A stretch of DNA of 63,824 bases, filler included, from Stramenopiles sp. TOSAG23-3 (lineage: Eukaryota): the NCBI GenBank assembly GCA_900128585.1. It is 10 parts of 10 records of this genome, joined end to end, with 100 filler letters (N's around TTAATTAATTAA, not from the genome) between each part and the next. Parts side by side here need not be neighbours in the genome. Positions count along the whole stretch, not along the records: positions 1 to 8,353 come from LT643030.1; positions 8,454 to 16,795 come from LT643031.1; 8 more parts are not named here. One strand, 5' to 3'. Of the stretch, positions 1 to 10,835 are shown one piece after another; within the stretch, counting starts at the first letter, position 1, and each line of letters starts with the position of its first letter. A program made the position numbers and the translations under genes. A model generated the notes under the pieces. The model was not told where the DNA came from. It did no database searches and was given only the letters and a program-made list of their open reading frames with translations.

Positions 1-75
1 AAAGAAAGAAAGAGTCGAAAGAAAGAAAGAGTCGAAAGAAAGAAAGAGTCGAAAGAAAGAAAGAAAGAAAGAAAG
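1..75. repeat. (GAAA)n microsatellite interrupted by GAGTC units at the contig start
   Basis: Tandem 'agagtcgaaagaaagaa'-type units; the same interrupted motif recurs near 32966-33060. Confidence 0.85.
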
Positions 76-661
76 TAAAGAACGAATCCTTTATTTATTA
101 TAATGGATTTATAATCTAAAAAAATATAATATTAAGGAAATTATAATAATCAAATAAAGAAGAAGAAAGAAAGAAGTGGAATTAAAATGAAAATTAAAGA
201 AATGAAAAAATAAAAAAAATGAAAGAAAAGAGATAGAAGAAGGAAGGAAGGAAGAAATGTTTCTATTCTTAAAATGTGGAATATAATTTTTAGACTAAGA
301 ATATCTATACTTGTAGTAGTTATAGATAAAACAAAATAGTTCATCTTATAGTTTTAAGGAGTTGTATTTGTATGGAATTAAGATGAGACCATTGTTTATG
401 ATAAGGTGATGTATTTGTAAAGATTTATATGAAATCATTTCTCAATATTAATAATATGAAAATAGAATTAAAACGTAATAAAATATACCTCTATTTATAT
501 AAACACAGTATATATATTAATTATAAATACATATCCTTAATAATATAGAATTGGAATCTGTCTGCTGTCTTTCTTTCTTTCCTTTCTTTCTTTCTTTCTT
601 TCTTTTTTAGATTTCTTTCTTTCTTCTTCTTTGATCTTTTCTTTCTTCTTTGTTGATCTTT

Positions 662-698
<37 letters not shown>

Positions 699-1219
699 TT
701 TGATCTCTTCTTCTTCTTTCTTTTTTAAAATTTCTTCTTCTTCCTCCCCATCTTCTTTTATTTCAGGAATATAATATTTAAATAAAAATATAATTAAACT
801 ATTTAACATGAATCAACATAGTAAAACTAATATAATTAATATAAATGTTATTTATGAATACCTTATTTAATCAAAGACGAAGAAGGTTTTATTTTTTTTT
901 TATTAAATATTAATTAAATATTTTTTGAAGAAGAAAAGAGAAGAAGAAGAAAGAAGAGACTGAAGAAGAAGAACAACTAAAACGATATACTAAAAAAAAA
1001 GAAACAATAATCATCATTATATACAATCAATCAAAAAAAACAGAAAAATCATAAAGGAATTGTAGACTTGAAGAAAGAAGGAAAGAAAACAAAGAACCAC
1101 AAGAAGAAGACATTTCATTCCATCCTATTCTTTGCAAGGTAAGAAACACCCCTCCGTTGTCTCTTTTGTTTATCTGGGTTTGCCCTCCCTCCCCCTCTCC
1201 CTCGTCCCCTTCCAACACG

Positions 1220-2434
1220 ATGGGAAACCAAGCGTCCAGCGCTAGGGCGGCCATGAAGGCGTCCGACGAGCGAAGGCTGCGGAACATTCTGAAAAACGAT
1301 TCGAAGAAGTTGGCGAAATCGTGGACGACCGCGTACCATTACGCCTGCAAGATGGACTGCAAGGCGATCGTCTGCCAGACCCTGTACGACTTGGACTTTG
1401 ATCTGTACCAGACGGACAACTTGGGGGCCAGCGTGCTCCACCACGCCTGCTACCGGGGGAACCTGTCGATTGCGCAGTGGACGCTGAACAAAGACCTAGA
1501 CCCGAATGCCCTGAGCTACGGGAAGGAGACTCCCGTGCACTGGTGCGTGGCAGGCGGGGCGCCGTTCGCACGAAAGCTCATCCAGCTGTTGCACAGCCGG
1601 GGGGCCAACGTCAACGCCCAGGACCTGAACGGCGACACCGCGCTCCACCTCGCGTGCAAGCAAGGGGAGCCCGCCCTGGCGACCACCCTGCTGGAGCTCG
1701 GCGCGCGCCCCACCATCAAGAACAAAGACTTGCAAATGCCCCACCAGTGCGCCGACAGGAATGCCGGGGCAGACTGCAAGACCATCATTCGCATAGAGCT
1801 GTACAAAAAGTCGAAAAACAAGATCTTGGCGGCAAAGGCCGACATTGCGTTCGAGGAGGTGAAGCAGATCATTCTCAACCAACGGAAGTTGGAAAAGAAG
1901 CAATTCGCCACCGTCGTCAAAGTCTTGAGGGGAAAGCCAGAGGACTTGATCGTGCCGACCAATTCGGCCAAGAAGCGGTACTCCCAAATGTCCGCCGTCC
2001 AAAACCCGCTGAGGGAGGAGGCAGGAGACGGGGACGATGGAGAAGAAACGAAGGAAGATTTAGAAACGGGCCCCGCCCCTGGCGGAGCGACCGAGTTAGA
2101 GCACGGCAAGGACACGCTGATCCCCTTTGCCGTCCCGGAGGGAAGCGGCGCCGGGGACGAGATCAACGTCCTTCTTCCCGACGAAGACTACTTTGCGATC
2201 GTCCGGCTCCCGGCAGGGGTGGACACGAACCCTTTTTGTTACATAACCGTGTCCTTGGACGGTGCCGGGGTCCCCATTGCGGTGAAAAACCGCCACCGCT
2301 CTGCCCAACAGGACATCTTGGACGACTTGGCCTCGGTCTCCAAAAAGCCGGCGACGAAAGCCTTGACGGAGGAGTGGATCGAGACTCACCTAAAAGCGGA
2401 CGAGGAGACCGGCTGCCGGTACGCCGATCTGTAA
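1220..2434 (+). CDS. Ankyrin-repeat protein with a probable N-myristoylation motif
   Basis: ATG at 1220 gives MGNQASS (Gly2/Ser6). Ankyrin repeats: GASVLHHACYRGN, KETPVHWCV, GDTALHLACKQG. GC-rich coding island. Confidence 0.85.
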   Translation: MGNQASSARAAMKASDERRLRNILKNDSKKLAKSWTTAYHYACKMDCKAIVCQTLYDLDFDLYQTDNLGASVLHHACYRGNLSIAQWTLNKDLDPNALSYGKETPVHWCVAGGAPFARKLIQLLHSRGANVNAQDLNGDTALHLACKQGEPALATTLLELGARPTIKNKDLQMPHQCADRNAGADCKTIIRIELYKKSKNKILAAKADIAFEEVKQIILNQRKLEKKQFATVVKVLRGKPEDLIVPTNSAKKRYSQMSAVQNPLREEAGDGDDGEETKEDLETGPAPGGATELEHGKDTLIPFAVPEGSGAGDEINVLLPDEDYFAIVRLPAGVDTNPFCYITVSLDGAGVPIAVKNRHRSAQQDILDDLASVSKKPATKALTEEWIETHLKADEETGCRYADL

Positions 2435-2788
2435 GGGTACAGGGCGAGAGCTCGGAAAATAGAACGTAGAGGTGGCAGAAGATGTTGCTTAAACGAATAA
2501 TTAAAAAAGAAGAACAATAATATAATACATGCTGAGTCTTAAAACATACTATATGATATAATTTGGTTTTTTTAATACATGCTGTCAGGATTAAAACTCG
2601 AGACCAACTAATGACAACGACACAATGTTTTGTCTATGTGTGGTGTGAAAGTCCTAAATATTTTTTAGGTAAAACACGAGAGTGCAAGAATTCTTTCAGC
2701 GCATTAACGCTTTTAAAAAATCGCGTTGCACTCGTACTCCCGAGTCGACTCACAAAGTGTTGAACTTCGCACATCCGTTACCTGCACC

Positions 2789-3970
2789 TTACTGGTTCGG
2801 CCGCTGCGCCGGGACTGCTTGCACGGTCAACACGTTCGGGTCCGGGGTCGATGGGTTCATAAAGACAGGGACGGCCTCGGCGACAACGACTGGAGGGTTG
2901 CAACCCTCCCCGTCTTTCTGCACCGTCATGGGCGACACGGACACGTCGCTTAAGCGTCGGGTGGGTGCCACTCCTTCGGCCAACGCCATGGGCGACGGGC
3001 AGGACGGTTTCGGGCCTGCTCCCATCCCCGCTCCTTGGGGGGGCGCACTGGCCACCGGCCCTCCCGCTTGGGCAAAGCCGTTGTTATTCGGTGGAGGAGG
3101 GTTGTTCATCGTGTAGCCATTCTCCCCGTTCGGCGGCAACAACGCGCTCTGCACGATCATCGCAGGCTGTTGGACTTGTCGCAACGGCGGCTGGGTGTAC
3201 TGGACACCATTTGGCGCGTGACTGACACTGATGGTGTGTGGGTTTCCAGTCATGGTCTGGTTTGCCATCGGGTATTCCTTCAGCCAGCATGGTCGGCATG
3301 CCCTCAACTGCCGCACGGTGTGCTTCGAACAGTTCGCGCAGAGCAGGAACCCACAGTAACGGCAGTGGTGCTTCCGCTCCAACATCCCAAACGAGTTGTT
3401 GCAGAGCATGCACCCGTGTCGAGCGTTGTCATGAACCCACTGGGATCGTGGAATAGGGGTCAGCGTGATCCCTTGTTGGCGTTGTTGCAGCAGTTGCGGT
3501 GGGGCTGCTCGTTGCATCATCACCGGCGCTGGCATAACGCGTTGTTGGGGGGGCATTGGTACTGCAAATTGAAACGTCATGCCTGGGTGTACATTATTTG
3601 GCACTTGGACGTTCATCATTCTCCCCTCTACGTTGATCGTAGTAATTTGCCCCGGCCTTGCCCCAGCTGGGCACACAACAGCCATCAGCTTGCAACCGGG
3701 GGGAGCCTGAGGCTGTTGCTGGACTTGCCGGATAGGTGCAACTCCTGGTCGAAATGGTCGTTGGTTGTTGCTATCGTTGTACATGGCCGCCCCCGCCGCA
3801 ACTGCGCCCGCTATGAGTGCTCCCTCTACAAACGCTTCTCCCGTTCTGTCACGGTACCCAAATCCGTGCCGATGATGATGGTGACGATGATGAAAGTTAT
3901 TGCGTCCACCAAACCCTCGACGACGACGACCACCCACGTTGTTCAGTGCGTTACCAACGAAAAAAGCCAT
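2789..3970 (-). CDS. FYVE zinc-finger protein with Pro/Gln-rich flanks
   Basis: WVHD..CMLC..RKHHCRYCG..CANC..RACRPC is the FYVE signature. First ATG is at 3970 (MAFFVGN). Confidence 0.85.
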   Translation of the reverse strand: MAFFVGNALNNVGGRRRRGFGGRNNFHHRHHHHRHGFGYRDRTGEAFVEGALIAGAVAAGAAMYNDSNNQRPFRPGVAPIRQVQQQPQAPPGCKLMAVVCPAGARPGQITTINVEGRMMNVQVPNNVHPGMTFQFAVPMPPQQRVMPAPVMMQRAAPPQLLQQRQQGITLTPIPRSQWVHDNARHGCMLCNNSFGMLERKHHCRYCGFLLCANCSKHTVRQLRACRPCWLKEYPMANQTMTGNPHTISVSHAPNGVQYTQPPLRQVQQPAMIVQSALLPPNGENGYTMNNPPPPNNNGFAQAGGPVASAPPQGAGMGAGPKPSCPSPMALAEGVAPTRRLSDVSVSPMTVQKDGEGCNPPVVVAEAVPVFMNPSTPDPNVLTVQAVPAQRPNQ

Positions 3971-4897
3971 TGCGCTGGATGAATAAAAAATGTATACAAT
4001 GACGATTTTATTATTGAACCACAGCAAAAGGCTTCAAAACAGTCACTTCCCGATAATAAAAAAATAGAAAAATACTATCGGAAGCACAACTGTATGTGCG
4101 ATACGTATAATTTGTATGTGTGTGTGTGTGTGCGTTACTTCTTCAACAGAAGAATGTTTCAGAAGAAGAATGTTTCAGAAGAAGAAGAAGAAAGAAGAAG
4201 AAAAAAGAAGAAGAAGAAGAAGAAAACGAAAGAAAGAAAGAAGAAGGAATACTTTTAAATAAATATAATAATACAACAGGTTAATACCATGAAAACACAA
4301 AGCAAGAAAAAAAAAGAAGAAGAAAGAAGAAGAAGAAGAGGAGGAGGGTTAATTTTATTTAAAAAAAAAAGGAATTTTGTGGCTGAACTGAATAAAATGT
4401 AAAATACTGAAAATATAATAATATATATATTTAATTCTTTTTTCTTCATTTTTAATATAAGGATAGATAGATATATAAATAAAGAAAATTATTAAAAAGT
4501 ATTATTATTGTATATAACAATATAATACTAGATTTACACTGAACAAAAAAAATATTGAAGAAAGAAGAAGAAAGAAGAGAAAGAAGAGAAAGAAGAAGAA
4601 GAAATATAAAAAAATACGTCGAAAAAAGAATTTGTTTGGTTGGGATTTGGGATGTTTTCGTGTTTTCGTTCCAACAAAATAATATATTATTACATATATA
4701 TATGTGGAAGAGAAAAAAGAAAGGTTCAATTCATCATCGTGTTTGCTTTCTTTCTTAGTTTAATTGAAAGAAATTACTGTTTAGATAGACCAGACCAAAA
4801 GTACTTAAAAACGTTGTTTCGTCGGGCGTAATATAACGAAGCAACGACGACATTAAAAGGAGAACGACCGACCACAGGCAGGGGTTGCGGTGGGGGG

Positions 4898-6495
4898 ATG
4901 AACATGAGAAGGCTTGCTGGTCCGATTTCCGTCTTGGCCATTTTTTTTGTAGGAATGCTTGTGTTTCTTACGGGACCCAGAGGTGGCGTTGTTAATGCAG
5001 ATTCGTCCGAGACGTGCCATTCGATCGACAAGAGAGGAAATTGCGTGTCTTTGGAGGACATCGAAGACGAAGCGGAGGAGGACGGTGAGGACGCGGACGA
5101 CGAGGTTGAGGAAAAGGCAGGCCTTGAGTTTTTCTCGGACAAGGACCTGATCATTGAACTGCGGAGTCGGGGGTACCAGGTTCGCCGAAAGAAGATGAAG
5201 AAGGACGAGAAGCAGCAGCAGCTGAAGAAGAAGAAGAAGAAGAAGGAAAGGGACCAGCGGGCCATCAACGGCGGGGGGAAGAAGGAGGCCAGAAGGGTGA
5301 ACGACTCGACATGTTCAAACGCGCGGTCAGCATGGACCCGGCCAACGCCGAGTACTGGACGAACCTTGGGGTGTCCCAAATGCGCGCGTCCGTGTACCAC
5401 TCCGCAGAGACGTCGTTCCGGACCGCGATATCGTACCAGAAGACCTATGCGAACGCGCACGAAAACATTCGGGTCCTTCAAACGTACCTGCCGTCAAAGC
5501 TTCCGTACAAGGAACCCCGCCCCTCGCTCCATAGGCGGAGGAAATTCAAGCGTATCCTTGCCAGCGACTTGTACACGGACCCAAAGTACGCGTCGTACGC
5601 GGCGGGGGAGAAACCGTTCATGCTCATAGACGCCATGAAGGACGCACCAGGGCTGCACAAGTGGGACCGGGAGTATTTTCAAGACTTGTTCCCGTCTGCG
5701 TACATGGACCATTACCCCCAAAACATGTTCTTGGAGCACATCAAGCCCCGGTTCGTCCCGATACACGAAGCCTTCGAGGACTTGGTGGCTGCCCAATCGA
5801 ACCGGTCCAAGCTATTCAAAGACAAACCAGGGGTCTACATACAGTGGAACCTCGACTACCCCTCGTGGAACCTGTTGATGAGCGACCTTTCGACGCTTCC
5901 CAAGATATTCCGGGCGGACGACGCTTGGATGAACAAGTGCTTCCGGTCCGACCAGACGCGGTCGGAGTGGCAGACGGGGACCCACTGGCGGATGCTTCTG
6001 ATCGGGAGCCAGGGCGCCGGGATGTTCGGCCACCGGGACATCCTTCAAACGTCGTCGTGGCAGGTACAGATCGCAGGGTACAAGCGTTGGCACGTCTGCT
6101 CCCCGGCGCAGGACAAGTTCATGTATAGAGCCGGCGACGTCGACGCGTTCGACCCGGACTACGAAAAGTACCCCAAGTTCAAGGGCGCCGATTGCATCGA
6201 CGACGTCGCAGGGCCCGGCGACATGGTGTTCTACCCGAAGGCGTACTGGCACCAGACCGAGGTGTGGCCGGGCCCGGGCGGTCGCCCCAGCACTGCGGTC
6301 ACGGGGACCGTCATTGACAAGAACAACTACAAAAGTGTTCAGGCAGAACTTGTCAAAGAATGCGCCCCAAGTGGACCAAAGCGCATCTCCCTGTCCCCAG
6401 CAGTCTGCAAAGACTTGGAAGAGAAATGCTACGGACTTTGGGAAGAATTGTGGGGCGGGAAGGAAGCTCACCATGAAGCTACGAGCGAACTGTGA
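4898..6495 (+). CDS. Signal peptide + TPR + JmjC (2-oxoglutarate/Fe oxygenase) protein, frameshifted near 5305 in this assembly
   Basis: ORF 4898 starts with a hydrophobic leader. ORF 5311 has a TPR-like segment (AVSMDPANAEYWTNLGVSQM) and JmjC motifs (GHRD...GPGDMVFYPKAYWHQT), ending TSEL. The two ORFs are in different frames with no usable GT-AG intron at the junction. Confidence 0.75.
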
Positions 6496-6805
6496 TTTAA
6501 GTACAGTTTATGTATACTAATATATTTAATTTTACCTATGTATATATACTTCAAAATTTCTTCTTCTATCTTCTTCTCTCTTCTTCTCTCCCTCCCTTCT
6601 TCTTTGCAGAGAAACAAAATTTAGATAAAAAAAATGAAACGAATGTATGAAATGTAATGGAAAGAAAACTCGACATTTTTACAATAAACGTAAGCATTTG
6701 ATTGTGCAAGGTTTCATATGAGAGATTGCGCGTACGTGCTACGTTGAACCACACATTTTCTTCGTTTAATGGTACGCACCACAGTACATACAGATTACGT
6801 AACCG

Positions 6806-7399
6806 ATGTGGAAGTCATCCCGTCGAAAGGGAAAGGTGCCAAAAGTAGGGACGAGGCCTGAAGCGTCGAGAAAACATCCGTACATTGACTCGAGCATATA
6901 TCGGTATGGGGTAGCACGGACTTCTGGTTTGAAACCAGGAGATATCACGCCTACAATTCTATTTGTCATTGTCCGTTCAAAAAATTACAACACCGTCTGC
7001 GTCGAGGCGAACGTGGTAGACTCTAAGGTGGAAAAAGTTGAAAATTATTTTCTTGTTATCGACCCCGCTTTCGTGGAGACCACGACGTTGACCAAGGAAG
7101 AATTCACCAGGGAGCAATTGACGTACCACGAACAGCAGATTTACGGAATTACAAAGCAGAAGGAGGACGCCGAATGTCGGCCAGTGTACACATTTAACTT
7201 TTTGCCGAGCTCTTATGAGTTCACAGTGAACCCAGAAACGTCCGAGGCCGAAATGACAATCGGCGGAGAAAAGGCGACGTTGCAAAAACTTTACTTGTTA
7301 CAGCAGGACAGGTTCGTCGGTGCGGCAAAAACGAAGCAGGTGATCCTGTACGGCGCCAAGGGCAAAACCGCCGTGACGGAAACGATCGATATCGAATAA
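6806..7399 (+). CDS. DUF4833-like protein
   Basis: LFVIVRSKNYNTVCVEAN...REQLTYHEQQIYG...IGGEKATLQKLYL resembles the DUF4833 pattern as I recall it. Intronless 197-aa ORF. Confidence 0.65.
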   Translation: MWKSSRRKGKVPKVGTRPEASRKHPYIDSSIYRYGVARTSGLKPGDITPTILFVIVRSKNYNTVCVEANVVDSKVEKVENYFLVIDPAFVETTTLTKEEFTREQLTYHEQQIYGITKQKEDAECRPVYTFNFLPSSYEFTVNPETSEAEMTIGGEKATLQKLYLLQQDRFVGAAKTKQVILYGAKGKTAVTETIDIE

Positions 7400-7597
7400 G
7401 TTGGGGTAACAGCATATGTTTCAATATATTTATATATATATACATATGTAGTCTCTACTTTATAATGGTGTTTCATTTTACTCTGATCTATAATATACGT
7501 ATATGTATTTACATGAGTGATTACTACTAATGATATTTTACATATGATAATATGATATATGAGTATTTACGACACCTCCACGATGACTATGGCTGGC

Positions 7598-7831
7598 TTA
7601 GTGAAAGACAGAGACGAGCCAAGCAACAATCTCAATTGGACCCAGAAAGAAGACAAGGACAGCAAATACAATAAACAAAACGATGCAACATTCCCTTTTG
7701 GTCATGAAATTACTTGCATTGTGCGCGATGTAATCTTCGGGGGCCACCCCCGTCAACAAAACACCCTCCTCGTCGTCGTCGTCATCACTCAACGGGATAT
7801 TGTCGTTTATGCCTATTTCGAAATGTGTCAT
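7598..7831 (-). CDS. Possible small membrane protein (77 aa)
   Basis: ATG-started ORF filling a small GC island, with an acidic N-part (SDDDDDEE) and a hydrophobic C-part (CCIVLFIVFAVLVFFLGP). No recognisable family. Confidence 0.35.
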   Translation of the reverse strand: MTHFEIGINDNIPLSDDDDDEEGVLLTGVAPEDYIAHNASNFMTKRECCIVLFIVFAVLVFFLGPIEIVAWLVSVFH

Positions 7832-7881
7832 TCCTTAACGTTCAGTTTGAACGACACGAAGGGAAAGGGAAGAAACCCATG

Positions 7882-7959
7882 ATGAAAATTAAGTTCTTAA
7901 AAATGATTGCAAACCTAAACATGAAAATTAAGTTCTTAAAAATGATTGCAAACCTAAAC
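7882..7959 (+). repeat. Perfect 39-bp tandem duplication
   Basis: atgaaaattaagttcttaaaaatgattgcaaacctaaac at 7882-7920 and 7921-7959. Confidence 0.9.
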
Positions 7960-8069
7960 ATACGTAAGTATAAATAAATGTCTTTTTTATCTTTTTAATT
8001 ATTATAATATATTATGCTGCGCCTCTCCCCTCTCACTAAAAAACAATTTTCATCATTCTTTTATTATTA

Positions 8070-8273
8070 TTTCTTTTTTCTTCTTCTTCTTCTTTCGTTC
8101 TCTTCTTCTTTCTTCTTCTTCTTCTTTTTTTTTCTTTTTTTTTCTTTTTTTTTCTTTTTTTTTCTTCTTTCTTCTTCTTCTTCTTCTTCTTCTTCTTCTT
8201 CTTCTTCTTCTTCTTTCTTCTTCTTCTTCTTCTTTTTTTTCTTCTTCTTCTTCTTCTTCTTTCTTCTTTCTTC

Positions 8274-8304
<31 letters not shown>

Positions 8305-8353
8305 CTTCTTCTTCTTCTTCTTCTTTCTTCTTTCTTCTTTCTTCTTCTTCTTC
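8070..8353. repeat. (CTT)n pyrimidine-rich low-complexity tract ending the contig
   Basis: Nearly pure C/T triplet-repeat tract up to the linker. Confidence 0.9.
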
Positions 8354-8453
8354 NNNNNNNNNNNNNNNNNNNNNNNNNNNNNNNNNNNNNNNNNNNNTTA
8401 ATTAATTAANNNNNNNNNNNNNNNNNNNNNNNNNNNNNNNNNNNNNNNNNNNN
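8354..8453. other. Artificial contig linker (44 N + TTAATTAATTAA + 44 N)
   Basis: Identical 100-bp linkers at 8354, 16796, 25236, 33674, 42106, 50529, 58950, 60575 and 62200. The 12-mer gives stops in all six frames. Confidence 0.97.
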
Positions 8454-8695
8454 CCAGAACTTGGGGAGGATCTGCAATAGGAGGAGATATTGTTCTTGAA
8501 CTGACACCTTCTTTTTTCTTTAATTTTAATTTTACTATAAAAAATAACAGCCAATTTTCTTGTTTTTTTTTTTATTTTAAAGTAAATTAACAACTTGAGA
8601 TTATAGACCTAATTCAGTTTGTATGTATAATATAAATTACATTTTTGTAAAAGTTTAAATACGTTCCGAATACGTAATAAAATGAAATAACAGGT

Positions 8696-9977
8696 TTACT
8701 GCACGGCAAGCTGATCTAGGTTCGCCAGGCCTTCTTTTAATCTTGCAACACCTGCTGCAAACTGATCTGGCTCAAGATTTGCGTAGGATACACGGACAAA
8801 ATTTGGAGCGCCGCATGCACTTCCGGGAATTATTGCGACACCGTAATTCTCCACTAAAAACTTGCAGACACGTTCATCGTACGGGACGCCTTCAATTGTG
8901 AATGGGGGCGATGGTAACTTTGCAAAAAAATAAATCGCACCATCTCCGCCATAAATACTCCCTTTCCCCAACACTTCAACCAGGGCTTCTTTGACCACTT
9001 TTCTGTTTTCTGCAACAACCGCCAGTTTCCCCTTGAACCAGTCTTCTCCCGCTTTTAACGCCCCAATGGCCATGCGCTGACTTATTACAGTGGCGCAAAT
9101 CGGAATAGAGTCTTGTACTTTTAATATTTCTTCTTTCAAACTCCAATCGACCCCATTAGGCCCCGTCTGGCGGTCGACCAATGCTATGTACCCTACCCGC
9201 CATCCCATCATTCCAAAAGCTAAGAGATCATGTACAGTTAGTAAACGAAACTAAAAGGTGAAAAAAAGAGGGATTTTGTAACTTACCTTTCGAGAATGAG
9301 TATATGTTGACAACGTGTGGAGCTTCAATGCAAGAATGCGCCACCTCGTCGTTATCGTAAATAAAGTATTCATATGTATTGTCACACACCAGCCAGCAGC
9401 CATGTTTTTTACAAATGGCGCTGATTGCTTCCAATCTTTCCCGCGATAGGACAGTGCCCGTAGGGTTGCAAGGGTTAGTGATAACGACCATTTTGATGCT
9501 TTGGGAGCTCAGGGCTTTGTCAATCCAGCCAACGTCGGGAGCGTAAGTCTCCGCTTCTCGTTCTCCCAGCACAATGTTTGACACTCCTGTCATTTGAAAC
9601 GCCATGATATGGTTAAAATAGTATGGGGGGAACAGGACCACCCCATCGGTACTATCGCAGAGGCTGAGGACAACGTTAGTAAAAGCCTGATTGGCCCCCG
9701 AGGTGACAATGACCTCGACGTTTTTTAGCGCGTTCTCCCGGGCAAGCTTTTCTTTTAACCCTTCGATTAACTCTGGCAACCCACTCGTTGGGCAATACAT
9801 ATGAGTATTCTGGTCACTCATGGCATCTTTTGCATGTTCAATCGCGCTGGACGGGGGATCCCAAAACACTACACCTTGGGCAAGCGACACAAGACCAGGT
9901 TTCGCATTTTTCGCCAAAGATAGCATTTTCCCAATAACAGGGGAATCAGTAGCTCTCACCCGGGCGGAAGGCTGCAT
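8696..9977 (-). CDS. Class I/II PLP aminotransferase, ISS1/VAS1-like; two exons (9977-9287, 9219-8696)
   Basis: Removing a 67-nt GTAAGT...TAG intron (9286-9220) restores the PLP-lysine motif YSFSKAFGMMGWRVGY. SLAQGVVFWDPP, NPCNPTG and DNTYEYF match the plant aromatic aminotransferase ISS1/VAS1 type. Confidence 0.9.
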
Positions 9978-10835
9978 GGTGAAATTCAATAAGAAAAGGA
10001 ATAACAGGAGGGCGAACACGAAGGGGGTTGGGCAATGTTCGGTTTCTTCTCAACTCATAATATGGACAGGTGTGTATTATTAATCCTCATTTTCCCAATC
10101 TATAATTCAGTTTATACATACTTATCTTTAAATTACTCACACTGAATAAAGAATAAGAATCTCACGGCACCACCACCACCACCACCACCACCCCACCGCA
10201 GGAATGAAGGATACGACTGAGGAGAAGAGAAGAAGAAAAAAACCATTTTTTATTATTATTATTTATTAGTAGGACGACGACGACGACTATTAATATTATC
10301 TCTAATAATAATATATAATAATTATATTTTATTATTATACAAAAAAAGAAGGAAGAAGACAATAATAGAATGAATATTTGTAAATTAGTTAATAATTAAG
10401 GTGATATAATAATAATAGTAGTAGTTGAAATTATGAACTTCTTCAAAATAGCTAGAATTATTAGTCTCTATTTAAAAGAAAAATAATTCCCGAAGAAGCT
10501 CATTCCTTACATTGTCCGTTCGTCGCGTCGTCGTCGTCTTCTTCTACAACAACAACAACAACAAAACAACTACTACAGTTACTACCACAACAAGGTAAAA
10601 AAAAAAAAAAAATAATAATAATAAAATAAAAATAACTAAAACTACAAATATTTAATCAAGAGAAGGAAACTCGCATGTAGGTATGTTTTGCAATGGTTAT
10701 AAAACAAATTGCAACCATACTATTTTGAATGGCAAATACTGATGTAAAATACCGTAGCGACTTGGCCGTACGTTGGATTTTTACTTCTACTCTTTCTTAT
10801 TGCCTATACTGCACGTGTACAGGAGCCGAAAGTCT

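Noticed and set aside
150..809. Phe/Leu/Ser- or Lys/Glu/Arg-rich ORFs in spacers (also 4255-4831, 8014-8409, 32489-33085, 42150-42550)
   Set aside because: These are translations of microsatellite and AT-rich DNA.
8398..8409. Recurring palindrome TTAATTAATTAA as a biological motif
   Set aside because: It is always centred in exactly 44+44 Ns, so it is a synthetic six-frame-stop linker.
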